NCBI GenBank assembly: GCA_041476545.1
Contig: JBGOTP010000002.1
Coordinates: 1-54,599 of the forward strand
Length of the DNA: 54,599 bases
Direction of reading: 5' to 3'
Origin: Vicinamibacteria bacterium
GTDB lineage: Bacteria; Acidobacteriota; Vicinamibacteria; Vicinamibacterales; CAVVIG01
The position numbers and the translations under genes were made by a program. This document shows, piece by piece, positions 35,880 through 44,679 of the stretch; positions within the stretch are counted from its first letter, which is position 1; every line of letters begins with the position of its first letter. The notes beneath the pieces were generated by a model that saw nothing but the letters and a program-made list of their open reading frames with translations, was not told the DNA's origin and made no database searches.

Positions 35880-37168
35880 CGCCCGCGCGTCTCCGGCCCG
35901 AGCCAGAGCATCGCGACCACGATGATGAGTGAAGACGCGATGCACACCGCCATCGCGTTCGGCAACGTCCAGCCATGGTCCTGAAGCGCGCCGACCGCAT
36001 AGGGCGTGAGCGCGCCGAGCGCGGCTCCCGCGTGGTAGGCGAATCCGGAGCCGACGCCGCGGACGGCGGTGGGAAAGCGCTCCGAGAGGTACGTCGGCAC
36101 GACGCCCCACATCCCCACGCCGAACAGTCCCATGAGCAGCGCGCCCACGACGAGCATGCGCGCGTCCGTGGAGAACAGGTAGATCGGAACCACCACCAGA
36201 CTCGCCAGCGCCGCCATCGTTGCCGCACCTCGGCGTCCCGGTTTGCCCTCGGAGACGTGTCCCCAGACCGCGTCACCGGCGATCCCCCCGAGGTTCAGGG
36301 CGACCAGGTAGGGGAGCGTTGAACGGCCCGCCTCACGCAGGAATGTCGCGTACCAGAACGTGATCGAGTAGTAGGAGAACATGAAGCTGCCGACGAGCAC
36401 CGACGACTGCACGGTTGTCGGAAGCAGGTCGCGGCGGAAGATCCGCAGCAGCGAGACGCTGTCGTGTTGTGCGGTGTCCTGCAAATGCTGTTGCCGCTCG
36501 AGCCAGATCGGGCTCTCCTTCACGTTCTTCCGAATCCAGAGCACGAGCAGCGCCGGCCCAATCCCGATCCAGAACATGGCCCGCCACGCGAGTTCGCCGT
36601 GCGCCGCGAGCGACGGATAGATGAAGGCGAAGACGAGGGCCGACAGCATGAAGCCCCAGTTGTAGCCGCCCTGGAGGAGTCCCGACGCGATGCCGCGCAG
36701 ATGCGCAGGCCAGTGCTCGAGGACCAGGGGCATGCCGGCCGCCCATTCGCCGCCCATGCCGATACCGAAGAGCGCCCGGAACCCGAACAGCATCGCGTAC
36801 GACGTCGAGAACCCGCTCAGTCCCGCGAAGAGCGAGAACCAGAGGATCGAGAACATGAGGGGAAGACGGCGTCCCCACTTGTCGGCCGCCGTGCCCGCCG
36901 CGGCGCCGCCGACAAACCTCATGAGCAACGTGACGGTGCCAAGCGCCCCGGCCAGCGCCCGGTCCACGGTGAACGAACGCTCGATGTCGATCAGGATGAA
37001 GGTGACGATGGTGAAGTCGAAACCGTCGAGGACCCAGCCGAGGAACGTGGCCCAGAAGGCGCGCCACTGGGTCGCGTCGACCTGGCGGTACCAGGGCTCG
37101 GCGTTGGAATCAGAGCTGAGAGCAGAGGGCTGAGGGCTTGGCCTGGGTTGGCCGGTGGATGTTGCCAC
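35852..37168 (-). CDS. MFS transporter
   Basis: 438 aa with 12 predicted hydrophobic segments. Has GWVLDGFDF and AADKWGRRLPL (MFS signature). The GTG start at 37168 is uncertain. The 3' end overlaps the carbonic anhydrase gene by 28 nt (convergent). Confidence 0.8.
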   Translation of the reverse strand: MATSTGQPRPSPQPSALSSDSNAEPWYRQVDATQWRAFWATFLGWVLDGFDFTIVTFILIDIERSFTVDRALAGALGTVTLLMRFVGGAAAGTAADKWGRRLPLMFSILWFSLFAGLSGFSTSYAMLFGFRALFGIGMGGEWAAGMPLVLEHWPAHLRGIASGLLQGGYNWGFMLSALVFAFIYPSLAAHGELAWRAMFWIGIGPALLVLWIRKNVKESPIWLERQQHLQDTAQHDSVSLLRIFRRDLLPTTVQSSVLVGSFMFSYYSITFWYATFLREAGRSTLPYLVALNLGGIAGDAVWGHVSEGKPGRRGAATMAALASLVVVPIYLFSTDARMLVVGALLMGLFGVGMWGVVPTYLSERFPTAVRGVGSGFAYHAGAALGALTPYAVGALQDHGWTLPNAMAVCIASSLIIVVAMLWLGPETRGRQFVAAEGS

Positions 37169-37170
37169 GT

Positions 37171-37229
37171 TCAGCCCTTATCCCTTGACCCTGAGCCCTG
37201 ACCCTTAGCCCTGTAGCACTCAGCCCTGC
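37171..37229 (-). repeat. heptad repeat (minus strand GGGCTNA-like x7) filling the whole VOC-MFS intergenic gap
   Basis: The plus strand reads TCAGCCC TTATCCC TTGACCC TGAGCCC TGACCC TTAGCCC ... TCAGCCC. The minus strand therefore carries seven GGG tracts, six of them separated by 3-4 nt. Confidence 0.8.
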
Positions 37230-37230
37230 A

Positions 37231-38046
37231 CTAGTACTTGTCGTAACCCTCGGTGAGCTGGATGTAGGTGCCGAGCGGATCGGTGAGGAAGGCGGATTTG
37301 AGCCCGGTGACCGCGTCCACGTGGTACGGGATGTCGAACTTGACCCCCTTGGCTTCGAGCTTCTTGCAGTACGCCTCGAGGTTCTTGATTTCGAAGCCGA
37401 TGTGATCGATGGCCCGGCCCTTGGTCGGTGGTGCGACGGCGCGCGCGGTGCCGAAACTGAAGTTCATCCCAGGCGCGTTGGCGGTTGTGGTGATCGTGCC
37501 GCGCTTGAACGGCTCGAGGTTGAACGTCTGGACGTACCAGTCCATCAGCTTCACGTAGTCGGGCGTCAGAAAGTGGAGGTGATACCCAATCACGTTCTGC
37601 TTCATCGTCTTGTCTTCCTGCAGTTCGACGCGGATGCCATCGGGCGTCACGAGGTACGCGTTGGGGAACCCCTCCGAGCCGGTGAACACGTTCTCCACCT
37701 CCATGCCCGCGGCCTTCCATCGGTCGAAGAGGGCCTGGGTATCCTTCACCTTGAACCCGAAGTGATCCATCACCGTTCCCCGCGAGACGCCGGTCGGCTC
37801 CTGCTTGTGCAGAATGAGCAGCATGCCGGGGAACTTGATCGCCGTCACGGGGCCCTTCTGCACCACCACGCCTTCGAAGTACTCGACCCAGAGCTTCTTG
37901 TGCACGTCGATGTCGCGGACGTTCACTTCCACGATCCCGTAGGTGAGGCCGTCTTTGTTCGGCGGCGCGAGCTGGGCGTACGCGGGCGAGGCCAGCACGA
38001 ACGCCAGGGCAGCGGATAACAGCAGCTTCATCGAACTCCTCCGCAT
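37231..38046 (-). CDS. exported two-domain VOC (glyoxalase/dioxygenase-fold) protein
   Basis: A start at MRRSSMKLLLSAALAFVLASPAYAQ (ATG 38046; alternative 38031) gives a signal peptide. Two repeats of the VOC pattern are present (MDHFGFKV ... and IDHIGFEI ...). Confidence 0.75.
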   Translation of the reverse strand: MRRSSMKLLLSAALAFVLASPAYAQLAPPNKDGLTYGIVEVNVRDIDVHKKLWVEYFEGVVVQKGPVTAIKFPGMLLILHKQEPTGVSRGTVMDHFGFKVKDTQALFDRWKAAGMEVENVFTGSEGFPNAYLVTPDGIRVELQEDKTMKQNVIGYHLHFLTPDYVKLMDWYVQTFNLEPFKRGTITTTANAPGMNFSFGTARAVAPPTKGRAIDHIGFEIKNLEAYCKKLEAKGVKFDIPYHVDAVTGLKSAFLTDPLGTYIQLTEGYDKY

Positions 38047-38123
38047 CGGTGACTGAAAGCGGGATTGTAGTCCCTGGCGCCCAAAGACGATAGGGGCTGG
38101 GCTACACTGCCCCGGTGCAAACG

Positions 38124-39185
38124 ATGCGAACGTTCCGCTCCGACAACAACGCCGGGCTGTGCCCGGAGGCGCTCCAGGCGATAGCCGACGCCAACACGGG
38201 CCATCACGCCGCCTACGGCGACGATGAGTGCACGGAACGAGCCGTTGCGGCATTTCGCACCATCTTCGGGGCGGACGTGGAGGTCTTTTTCGTGGCGACC
38301 GGTACGGCGGCGAACACGTTGGCGATTGCCGCGCTCACCGATCCGTGGCAACAGATCCTCTGCCACGCCAACAGTCATGTGAATGTCGACGAGTCCACGG
38401 CGCCCGAGCGAATCACGCACTGCCGTGTCGCCGCGATTCCCTCGGACGCGCCCACGCTCACGCCTCAGGACATCCGACACGCTGCCGTTTCCACGCGCGG
38501 CGACGTCCACCAGCCGCAGCCGGGCGTGCTCTCGATCGCGAACTCCACGGAGTTGGGGGCGATCTACACGCCGGCCCAGATCCGTGAGCTGTGTGAGACC
38601 GCGCACGAGTTGGGCTATCGCGTGCACGTCGATGGGGCGCGCTTTGCCAATGCGGTGGCGTCCGTCGGCTGCGATCCGCGCGAGTTGACGCGTGACGCCG
38701 GCGTGGACGCGCTGTCGTTTGGCGGCACGAAGAACGGGCTGGCGTTCGGCGAGGCCGTGGTGTTCTTTCCCCAGCCTCAGACATTCGCATGGTTCGCTCG
38801 CGCCGTTGAGACGTTTCCTTTTCATCGCAAGGGGACCGGCCATCTGCTGAGCAAGCACCGGTTCGTCACGGCGCCCTTTGAAGCGGTCCTTCGCGGTGGC
38901 GCGTGGCTCGCGCATGCGGCTCACGCCAACGCCATGGCCGCCCGGCTGGCACAGGGGCTTGTCTCGCTCGGGTACACGCTGCCGCATCCGACCGACGCCA
39001 ATGCCGTATTCGTCAGGCTCTCGCCGCCAGCCGACGCGCATCTGCGAAGCCGGGGCCACGGCTATTATCCGTTCGGTCCGAACGGATTGGTGAGGCTGAT
39101 GTGCAGCTTCAACACGAATCCCGCCGATGTTGACGCGCTTCTCGCCGATGCTGGCGATGTCGCGGCGGACCGTCGTGGAGTGTGA
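38124..39185 (+). CDS. ltaE: low-specificity L-threonine aldolase (beta-eliminating lyase family)
   Basis: MRTFRSDNNAG at the N-terminus, ATGTAANTLA, and the PLP-lysine motif SFGGTKNG. Alternative GTG start at 38115. Confidence 0.85.
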   Translation: MRTFRSDNNAGLCPEALQAIADANTGHHAAYGDDECTERAVAAFRTIFGADVEVFFVATGTAANTLAIAALTDPWQQILCHANSHVNVDESTAPERITHCRVAAIPSDAPTLTPQDIRHAAVSTRGDVHQPQPGVLSIANSTELGAIYTPAQIRELCETAHELGYRVHVDGARFANAVASVGCDPRELTRDAGVDALSFGGTKNGLAFGEAVVFFPQPQTFAWFARAVETFPFHRKGTGHLLSKHRFVTAPFEAVLRGGAWLAHAAHANAMAARLAQGLVSLGYTLPHPTDANAVFVRLSPPADAHLRSRGHGYYPFGPNGLVRLMCSFNTNPADVDALLADAGDVAADRRGV

Positions 39186-39200
39186 GGTCCAACATCCCGT

Positions 39201-39248
39201 CGATCGCGAAAGTGGAAATGCCAATGATCCACTTTCTGGTTGCGATCG
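39201..39248 (+). terminator. long imperfect hairpin after ltaE
   Basis: CGATCGC-GAAAGTGGA-[11-nt loop]-TCCACTTTC-[TGGTT bulge]-GCGATCG, starting 16 nt after the stop. No U-tract. Confidence 0.35.
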
Positions 39249-39363
39249 GGCTCGTCTGAAGAGTAGAGTCGGGGCTCAGGTACAGCCGCCTTTCGAAGCC
39301 GTCGTGGCAGATTCTGCCCGGCGGCTTTTGTATTTCCGTGAGTGTTTTCGAAGGGACAAGACC

Positions 39364-40203
39364 ATGAGTCAGGACGCATCTCGAACGGCCTCGGGGAGTG
39401 AAGCCCGGCATGATATGACGAAGCGACGAGTTCTCTACGACATGCCGGGTACGGACCGTGTGATTGTCCGGCGCGATCTCGAGTTCCGCGCGGCCGACGG
39501 GGGCGCTCTCACGCTGGATCTCTACTATCCGCCTGACTCGAAACCTGGAAGATCGATCCCGGCGACTGTCATAGTCGGCGGCTATCCTGGCGAGGGGGCC
39601 GAGAAGAAGCTCGGATGCCGGTTCACGGACATGGCGTTCATCGATTCATGGGGACGACTGATCGCGGCCTCTGGAGTCGTGGCAATCGCCTACACGAACC
39701 GGGCGCCCGAAGCGGACCTTCGAGCGCTGCTCGCGCACGTGAGGCAGGATGCCCGCGCCTTGGGCGTTGACGACCGCAGGATTGGTCTGTGGGCCGCCTC
39801 CGGCAACGTGCCGCTGGCCCTGTCATTGCTCATGGATGCCGACAGGGAGCACGTCAGATGCGCGGCCCTTTGCTATGGATACATGCTGGATTTCGACGAG
39901 GAGACGGGCGTGGCGGACGCGGCGCGGCCGTTCGGCTTCGTCAATCCCTGCGTGGGGAAGTCAGTCGAGGATCTGTCGACGGACGTACCGATCTTTCTGG
40001 CGAGATCGGGTCAGGACGAGTGCCCGCGCTTGAACGAAACGCTCGACCGTTTCGTGGCGGCTGCGCTGGCCCGCAATCTTCCCATTTCGCTCGTCAATCA
40101 CGCGATGGCCCCGCACGCGTTCGATCTCGTTCACGACAGCGAGACGTCGCGGGAGATCATCCGGCAGATTCTGGGGTTCCTCACTTTCAATCTCACGCAG
40201 TAA
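39364..40203 (+). CDS. alpha/beta hydrolase (esterase / dienelactone-hydrolase-like)
   Basis: Has LDLYYPP, VIVGGYPG and the nucleophile elbow GLWAASGN. Start at ATG 39364 (alternative 39415). Confidence 0.65.
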   Translation: MSQDASRTASGSEARHDMTKRRVLYDMPGTDRVIVRRDLEFRAADGGALTLDLYYPPDSKPGRSIPATVIVGGYPGEGAEKKLGCRFTDMAFIDSWGRLIAASGVVAIAYTNRAPEADLRALLAHVRQDARALGVDDRRIGLWAASGNVPLALSLLMDADREHVRCAALCYGYMLDFDEETGVADAARPFGFVNPCVGKSVEDLSTDVPIFLARSGQDECPRLNETLDRFVAAALARNLPISLVNHAMAPHAFDLVHDSETSREIIRQILGFLTFNLTQ

Positions 40204-40702
40204 AGGATGGGGCGGCAACACCGAGCCCTGACAGCGGGAGCGCGTTTGCGGATGCGGCGTCGCCCGTGACGACGCGGCGGTGATAGTCGATCTGGCCGAG
40301 GTGATACGCAAGGTGAGAGAGCAGATGCAGCAGGAACAGGCGCGTGGACATCGAGCGTCCACCTACGGCAACCGGAAACGGCGCCTCCAGCATGGACTCC
40401 GACAGATGCGACAGCCCGGCCTCGACCTCGCGGCGCGTCTCGACAATCAGCGTGAGGAGTTCGGCACGCGTGACGTCACGGACCGCAAACTCCGCCTCGC
40501 GGTCTCGAACATAGCCGCCCCGACCGATTGCCGAGCCGATGAAGTACCGAAGGTTCCCGACGAGGTGCAGGACGAGCGTCCCTCCGACGTTTGGCGCGCC
40601 TGGGATTGCGTTCCAGACGGACGCATCGGTCGGATAGAGATCCACCTCGCGGCGGAGCGCATCCAGTTCACGGATCAGCAGCACGACGAGATCCGACGTC
40701 AT
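40193..40702 (-). CDS. DinB family protein
   Basis: 169 aa. Histidine triad pattern LHLVGNLRYF ... LLHLLSHLAYHLGQI, typical of the DinB/YfiT fold. Confidence 0.75.
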   Translation of the reverse strand: MTSDLVVLLIRELDALRREVDLYPTDASVWNAIPGAPNVGGTLVLHLVGNLRYFIGSAIGRGGYVRDREAEFAVRDVTRAELLTLIVETRREVEAGLSHLSESMLEAPFPVAVGGRSMSTRLFLLHLLSHLAYHLGQIDYHRRVVTGDAASANALPLSGLGVAAPSFTA

Positions 40703-40709
40703 CCCACTC

Positions 40710-43556
40710 CTACCGTGTTGGCGCCACGGTCTCGGGCAGCAGCGTGACGACGGTGTAGCGATCGAGCGGGAAATATTTCTGGAGGGTCTCCTGCACGAGC
40801 GCCGGCGTGATGCTGTCGATGCGCTGGGGCCGCGTGAGTATTTCGTTCGGATCGGCGCCAGTCATGTGGATGTGCTGGAGGCGACCCATCCAGTAACCGT
40901 TTTCTTTCATGGACGTTTCGTAGGACCGTCGCGCCGCCTCTTTGGCCTTCGAGACGAGGTCGGCTGAGGGACCAGCCTGCTGCAGACGCCGGACTTCCTG
41001 CAGCACGCGATCGGACATGGCCTGGATGTTCTTCGGGGCGGCGCTGAAGTTCACTTCGACATGGCCGCCGCCCCGCTGGGGCGCCTCCTGCGCGAGGCCG
41101 ACGCTGACCGAATATGTCTGGCCGAGATCCTCGCGGAGCACATCGCGCAGCGTGATCTCCACAACCTGTGTCGCGGCGAGCATCTTCTCCTGCTCCAGCG
41201 CGTCGGGAGGCACGTCCGCCGCGAAACTGAGAACGGTCTCGGCCACCGGTTCGCGCCCCTTCACCACGGTCTCGCGGACGATCGTGGCCGGGAAACGCAC
41301 CCCCAGGTCTCGGAAATCCGACGTCCGTCGTCCGGTCGACGGGAGGGATCCCACGTAGCGAGCGAGGAGCGGAATGGCCGCGTCCGGTTTGAACGCGCCG
41401 ACCATGAAGAACGTGAAATCGGCGGCGTTCGCGAAACGGTCGCGATAGAAGCCGTACATCTTCGCGGGGTCGAGCGCCGCCACGCGCTCGGCGGTGAGCG
41501 GTGTCGACACGTAGTGGTTCGAGGTGTTGATCTGTTCGAGCCGCTCCCCGAACACGTCGTTCGGGCTCTGGCCTCGGTTGGCCACGGTTTCTTCGAGCTG
41601 CCGCTTGATGAACGCCATGGCACCCGGATCGCTATTGGGAGCGGTGAAGTCCTGGTACAGCAACTGGAGCGCCGTGTCGAGTTCGGCCGGGGCGGCCGCG
41701 CCAGAGATGCCATGGGTCGACAGCGAAATGAACGGGTTTGCTCCCGCGCTCTTGCCGGCAAGGAGCTTCGTGCGGTCGAGTGGTTTCAGTCCTCCGAATC
41801 CGGAAACGCCGACGTACTGAGTCGCCAGAGAGGCCTGCAGGAAGTCGGCCGGAGCGGCGAGCGACGCGCCGCCCTTGGCGTACATCGTGAAGACCACCTG
41901 ATCGTTCTGGAAATCGGTTGGCTTGAGCCAGGCTTCCACGCCGTTGGCGAATCGCACGATGGTCACGCCGAGGTCCGGAAGCTCGCGGCGCGACGCGATG
42001 GCGGCCGGTTCGGGAATTCTTTCGAGGAGCGCGCGGGTTGGGATGCCGTCGTTCCACGGCAGAACGGCGACTCGCTCTCCCGACGCGACCGCGGCCTGCA
42101 GCCCGGCCTCGGTCGGCGGCTGCAGCCCGGGCTTCTGCGGCATCACGGCGAGAATGACGCGGCTGTCATCCGACAGCCGCGCGCGTGCCAGCGCCGAGAC
42201 GTCGGCCAGCGAAATCGTGGGCAGCGCCCATTGCACGAGGCGGTATTCGTAGGCGATGCCTGGAATCGGCTCATCGTGGAGGAAGTGCCGGAGGTATTCA
42301 TCCGCGTATTGACCGCTGTCGGTCTTGTCCCGCTCGTTGTACGCCCGGTCGTAAAAGGCGAGGAGTCCGCGTTTCATGCGGTCCAGCTCACCGGGCGTAA
42401 AACCGAATTCGCGAACGCGCTGCGCTTCGACCACGAGCGCCGAGAGGCCTTCCGCGATCGTGCCGTCCTTGACGCTCGCCATCATCTGGAATGTGTCGAC
42501 ATCGTTGTTGAGATCGTCGCCACCCACACCGGCTTCCAGGAATCTGGCGTCGGGTCTCTGCGCCAGTTCGCCGAACCGTGCATCGAGCATTTCGTAGAAG
42601 AGACGCGCGACGAGAGAACGACGGTAGTCCCCCACGAGCCGGTCGCTTTCTTTCCGCCGCTTGCTGATCACCTGGACGGACGATTGCGTGACCTCGGGGT
42701 CCGACATGACCTTGACCATCAGGCCGCGCGCAAGCGGAATGGTGTTGTCGGGCGACGGTAGTGCGGCCGTGCGCGCCCGGAGTGGCCCAAAGGTCGATCG
42801 AATGGCCGCTTCCATCTGCTGCGGGTCGATGTCGCCAACGGCGACGACCCCCATCCGCTCGGGGCGGTACCATGCGTCGTAAAAGGCGCGCAGCCGCTGG
42901 GCCGGCGCGTTCTGAATGATGTCGGGTTTGCCGATCGGCAACCGATCGGCGTAGCGCGATCGGTAGAAGATGACGGGGATCTGCTGGTCGCGAATTCGGG
43001 AACCGGCGCCGAGCCCGCCGCGCCATTCTTCGATGACCACACCCCGCTCCTTGTCGATCTGGACCGGGTCGAGAGTGAGTCCTCCGGCGAAATCAGAGAG
43101 TGCGGTCAGTCCCCTGGCAACGACTTCCGGTTTGTCGGTCGGCAGGTCGAGCCGGTAGGTGGTCTCGTCAAAACCCGTCGCGGCATTGACGTGCGGACCG
43201 AGCTGAGCGCCGACCGATTCGAAATACGAGAAGACTTCGCCGGGCTTGAAATGCGCGCTGCCGTTGAACGCCATGTGCTCGATGAGGTGCGCAAGCCCCT
43301 GCTGGTCGTCGGCTTCCTGGATCGAGCCCGCCTTGATGGCGAGTCGCAGCGACACGCGCTTGGCGGGCCGGGTGTTCTGCTTGATGGTGAACTTCAGTCC
43401 GTTCGGCAACGTGCCCTCGTGGACGATGGCTTCGACCGGAATGAGGTCCTGCGGATTGAAAGTCTGCGGAGCCGCCGGCGCCTGAGCGCGGGGAAGCGCC
43501 GTCCACAGAACGCCCGCGATCGCGAGCGTTCCGAGCGAGCGTATGAGTGCCTTCAT
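40710..43556 (-). CDS. M16 family (pitrilysin/insulinase-like) zinc peptidase, fused double unit, exported
   Basis: 948 aa with a signal peptide. Inverted zinc motif GLAHLIEHMAFNGS (HxxEH). Confidence 0.88.
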   Translation of the reverse strand: MKALIRSLGTLAIAGVLWTALPRAQAPAAPQTFNPQDLIPVEAIVHEGTLPNGLKFTIKQNTRPAKRVSLRLAIKAGSIQEADDQQGLAHLIEHMAFNGSAHFKPGEVFSYFESVGAQLGPHVNAATGFDETTYRLDLPTDKPEVVARGLTALSDFAGGLTLDPVQIDKERGVVIEEWRGGLGAGSRIRDQQIPVIFYRSRYADRLPIGKPDIIQNAPAQRLRAFYDAWYRPERMGVVAVGDIDPQQMEAAIRSTFGPLRARTAALPSPDNTIPLARGLMVKVMSDPEVTQSSVQVISKRRKESDRLVGDYRRSLVARLFYEMLDARFGELAQRPDARFLEAGVGGDDLNNDVDTFQMMASVKDGTIAEGLSALVVEAQRVREFGFTPGELDRMKRGLLAFYDRAYNERDKTDSGQYADEYLRHFLHDEPIPGIAYEYRLVQWALPTISLADVSALARARLSDDSRVILAVMPQKPGLQPPTEAGLQAAVASGERVAVLPWNDGIPTRALLERIPEPAAIASRRELPDLGVTIVRFANGVEAWLKPTDFQNDQVVFTMYAKGGASLAAPADFLQASLATQYVGVSGFGGLKPLDRTKLLAGKSAGANPFISLSTHGISGAAAPAELDTALQLLYQDFTAPNSDPGAMAFIKRQLEETVANRGQSPNDVFGERLEQINTSNHYVSTPLTAERVAALDPAKMYGFYRDRFANAADFTFFMVGAFKPDAAIPLLARYVGSLPSTGRRTSDFRDLGVRFPATIVRETVVKGREPVAETVLSFAADVPPDALEQEKMLAATQVVEITLRDVLREDLGQTYSVSVGLAQEAPQRGGGHVEVNFSAAPKNIQAMSDRVLQEVRRLQQAGPSADLVSKAKEAARRSYETSMKENGYWMGRLQHIHMTGADPNEILTRPQRIDSITPALVQETLQKYFPLDRYTVVTLLPETVAPTR

Positions 43557-43580
43557 GGGGATCGATTATAGTCCGCGGTC

Positions 43581-43687
43581 ACCTGATGAGCCTTCCGGGG
43601 TCAGGTTGAACCACGACGACACGAAGGACACGAAATATCTTGTCTTCCAAGAAGATCTTCGTGCGCTTCGTGACTTCGTGATGTCGT
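43581..43687. repeat. structured intergenic element: ACCTGA/TCAGGT hairpin plus long imperfect inverted repeat built from CACGAAG / CTTCGTG units
   Basis: ACCTGA at 43581-43586 pairs with TCAGGT at 43601-43606. ACGACGACACGAAGGACACGAA (43613-43634) faces TTCGTGCGCTTCGTGACTTCGTGATGTCGT (43658-43687) across the palindrome GAAGATCTTC (43651-43660). Confidence 0.65.
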
Positions 43688-43693
43688 TCTGTG

Positions 43694-44527
43694 CTACCGG
43701 TCCGGCGTCAGGCTGATGTTGAGCGGCGCGGTCTCCCCTGCACGCAACTGAATCTCAGTCGTGAAGCGGCGATAGCCGTTCTTCGACACCTCGATCACGT
43801 GGCGGCCGTCTGAAAGCTGAACCAGAAGCCGCTCGTCGCTCGAGCCGCTGGTCCAACGTTCGCCGTCGATGATCACGTCGGCGTCGCCAGGTTGAACCCT
43901 GATGGACAGCGTTCCAACAGGTGATGGCGCCGGCTGATTCGGCTGATTCGGTCGATTCTGTCCGTCGGGGCCAGCTCCGGGACCTGGACCTGGACCTGGA
44001 CCTGGACCTGGTCCGCGGTCGGGCGGTGGCGGACCACGCCTCGCCGGCGGACCCGCAACGGGCGGCCTCATCCTTCCAGGATTCGGCCGTTCAGGACGGT
44101 CGACATTCTCTGCGGGAACCGGCGGCGCCTCGTTCGGTTCGCCGGCCGCGAGCCGCTCCAGCGTCCCCGAGATCTTTCGCGTTTGATTGGGACTGAAATA
44201 CAGCCGCTCGTGAATACTGCGATGGCCCTCGAGATAGACGACGATTTCGTGCTGGCCCGGCTCGAGGTGAAGCCGCTGGAACGTGCCGTCGAAGTCGTCG
44301 ACCCGACCGGCGAAGTATCCGTCCACGTAGACCGACGCCTCCTTCGGCTTGACGTTGACGCGAAGGCTGGCCTCGGATCCAGCATACCCGGCCCCGTACG
44401 GGTAGGGCGGATAGCGGAACTGGGCGACAGCGGGAACGGCGAACAGGCACGTGAATGCGGCGATCGTCAGCAGGCGGCGGATTCGGCAAGCAGTTGGACG
44501 CACGGTGTACTCCTGGGCAGATCGCAT
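43694..44527 (-). CDS. PEGA domain protein with Pro/Gly-rich linker
   Basis: Start at MRSAQEY (ATG 44527) with a hydrophobic anchor. Two PEGA-like modules are present (SLRVNVKPKEASVYVDGYFAG and TLSIRVQPGDADVIIDGERW). Confidence 0.7.
   Translation of the reverse strand: MRSAQEYTVRPTACRIRRLLTIAAFTCLFAVPAVAQFRYPPYPYGAGYAGSEASLRVNVKPKEASVYVDGYFAGRVDDFDGTFQRLHLEPGQHEIVVYLEGHRSIHERLYFSPNQTRKISGTLERLAAGEPNEAPPVPAENVDRPERPNPGRMRPPVAGPPARRGPPPPDRGPGPGPGPGPGPGAGPDGQNRPNQPNQPAPSPVGTLSIRVQPGDADVIIDGERWTSGSSDERLLVQLSDGRHVIEVSKNGYRRFTTEIQLRAGETAPLNISLTPDR
43979..44012. repeat. hexanucleotide microsatellite (GGACCT)5 inside the PEGA gene, encoding (GP)n
   Basis: GACCTG x5 reads exactly at 43981-44010. An adjacent 9-nt tandem repeat GGCTGATTC x3 (third copy degenerate) lies at 43932-43958. 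Confidence 0.9.
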
Positions 44528-44679
44528 GACAGGTGGTCTCAGCGGCTGGTTCGCAACGAATGTGCCAGTCGAGTTGGTCACAATTGCAGGGGAATTGCGC
44601 GAGGCCGTGCGAAATCTCCAGCGTCGCGTCACCCTCGGTGGACGCTCACCCATGTGGTGGACACGGAGCAACACCATGA

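Noticed and set aside
37171-37229. Telomere-like CCCTNA heptads as a replicon end or telomere
   Set aside because: The repeat is internal, short (about 60 nt), and flanked on both sides by ordinary genes.
43979-44012. Tandem and palindromic repeats considered as a possible CRISPR array (also 13032-13118 and 37171-37229)
   Set aside because: The units are 6-9 nt or isolated palindromes, with no repeat-spacer periodicity of 25-40 nt. No cas genes are present, and most copies lie inside ORFs.
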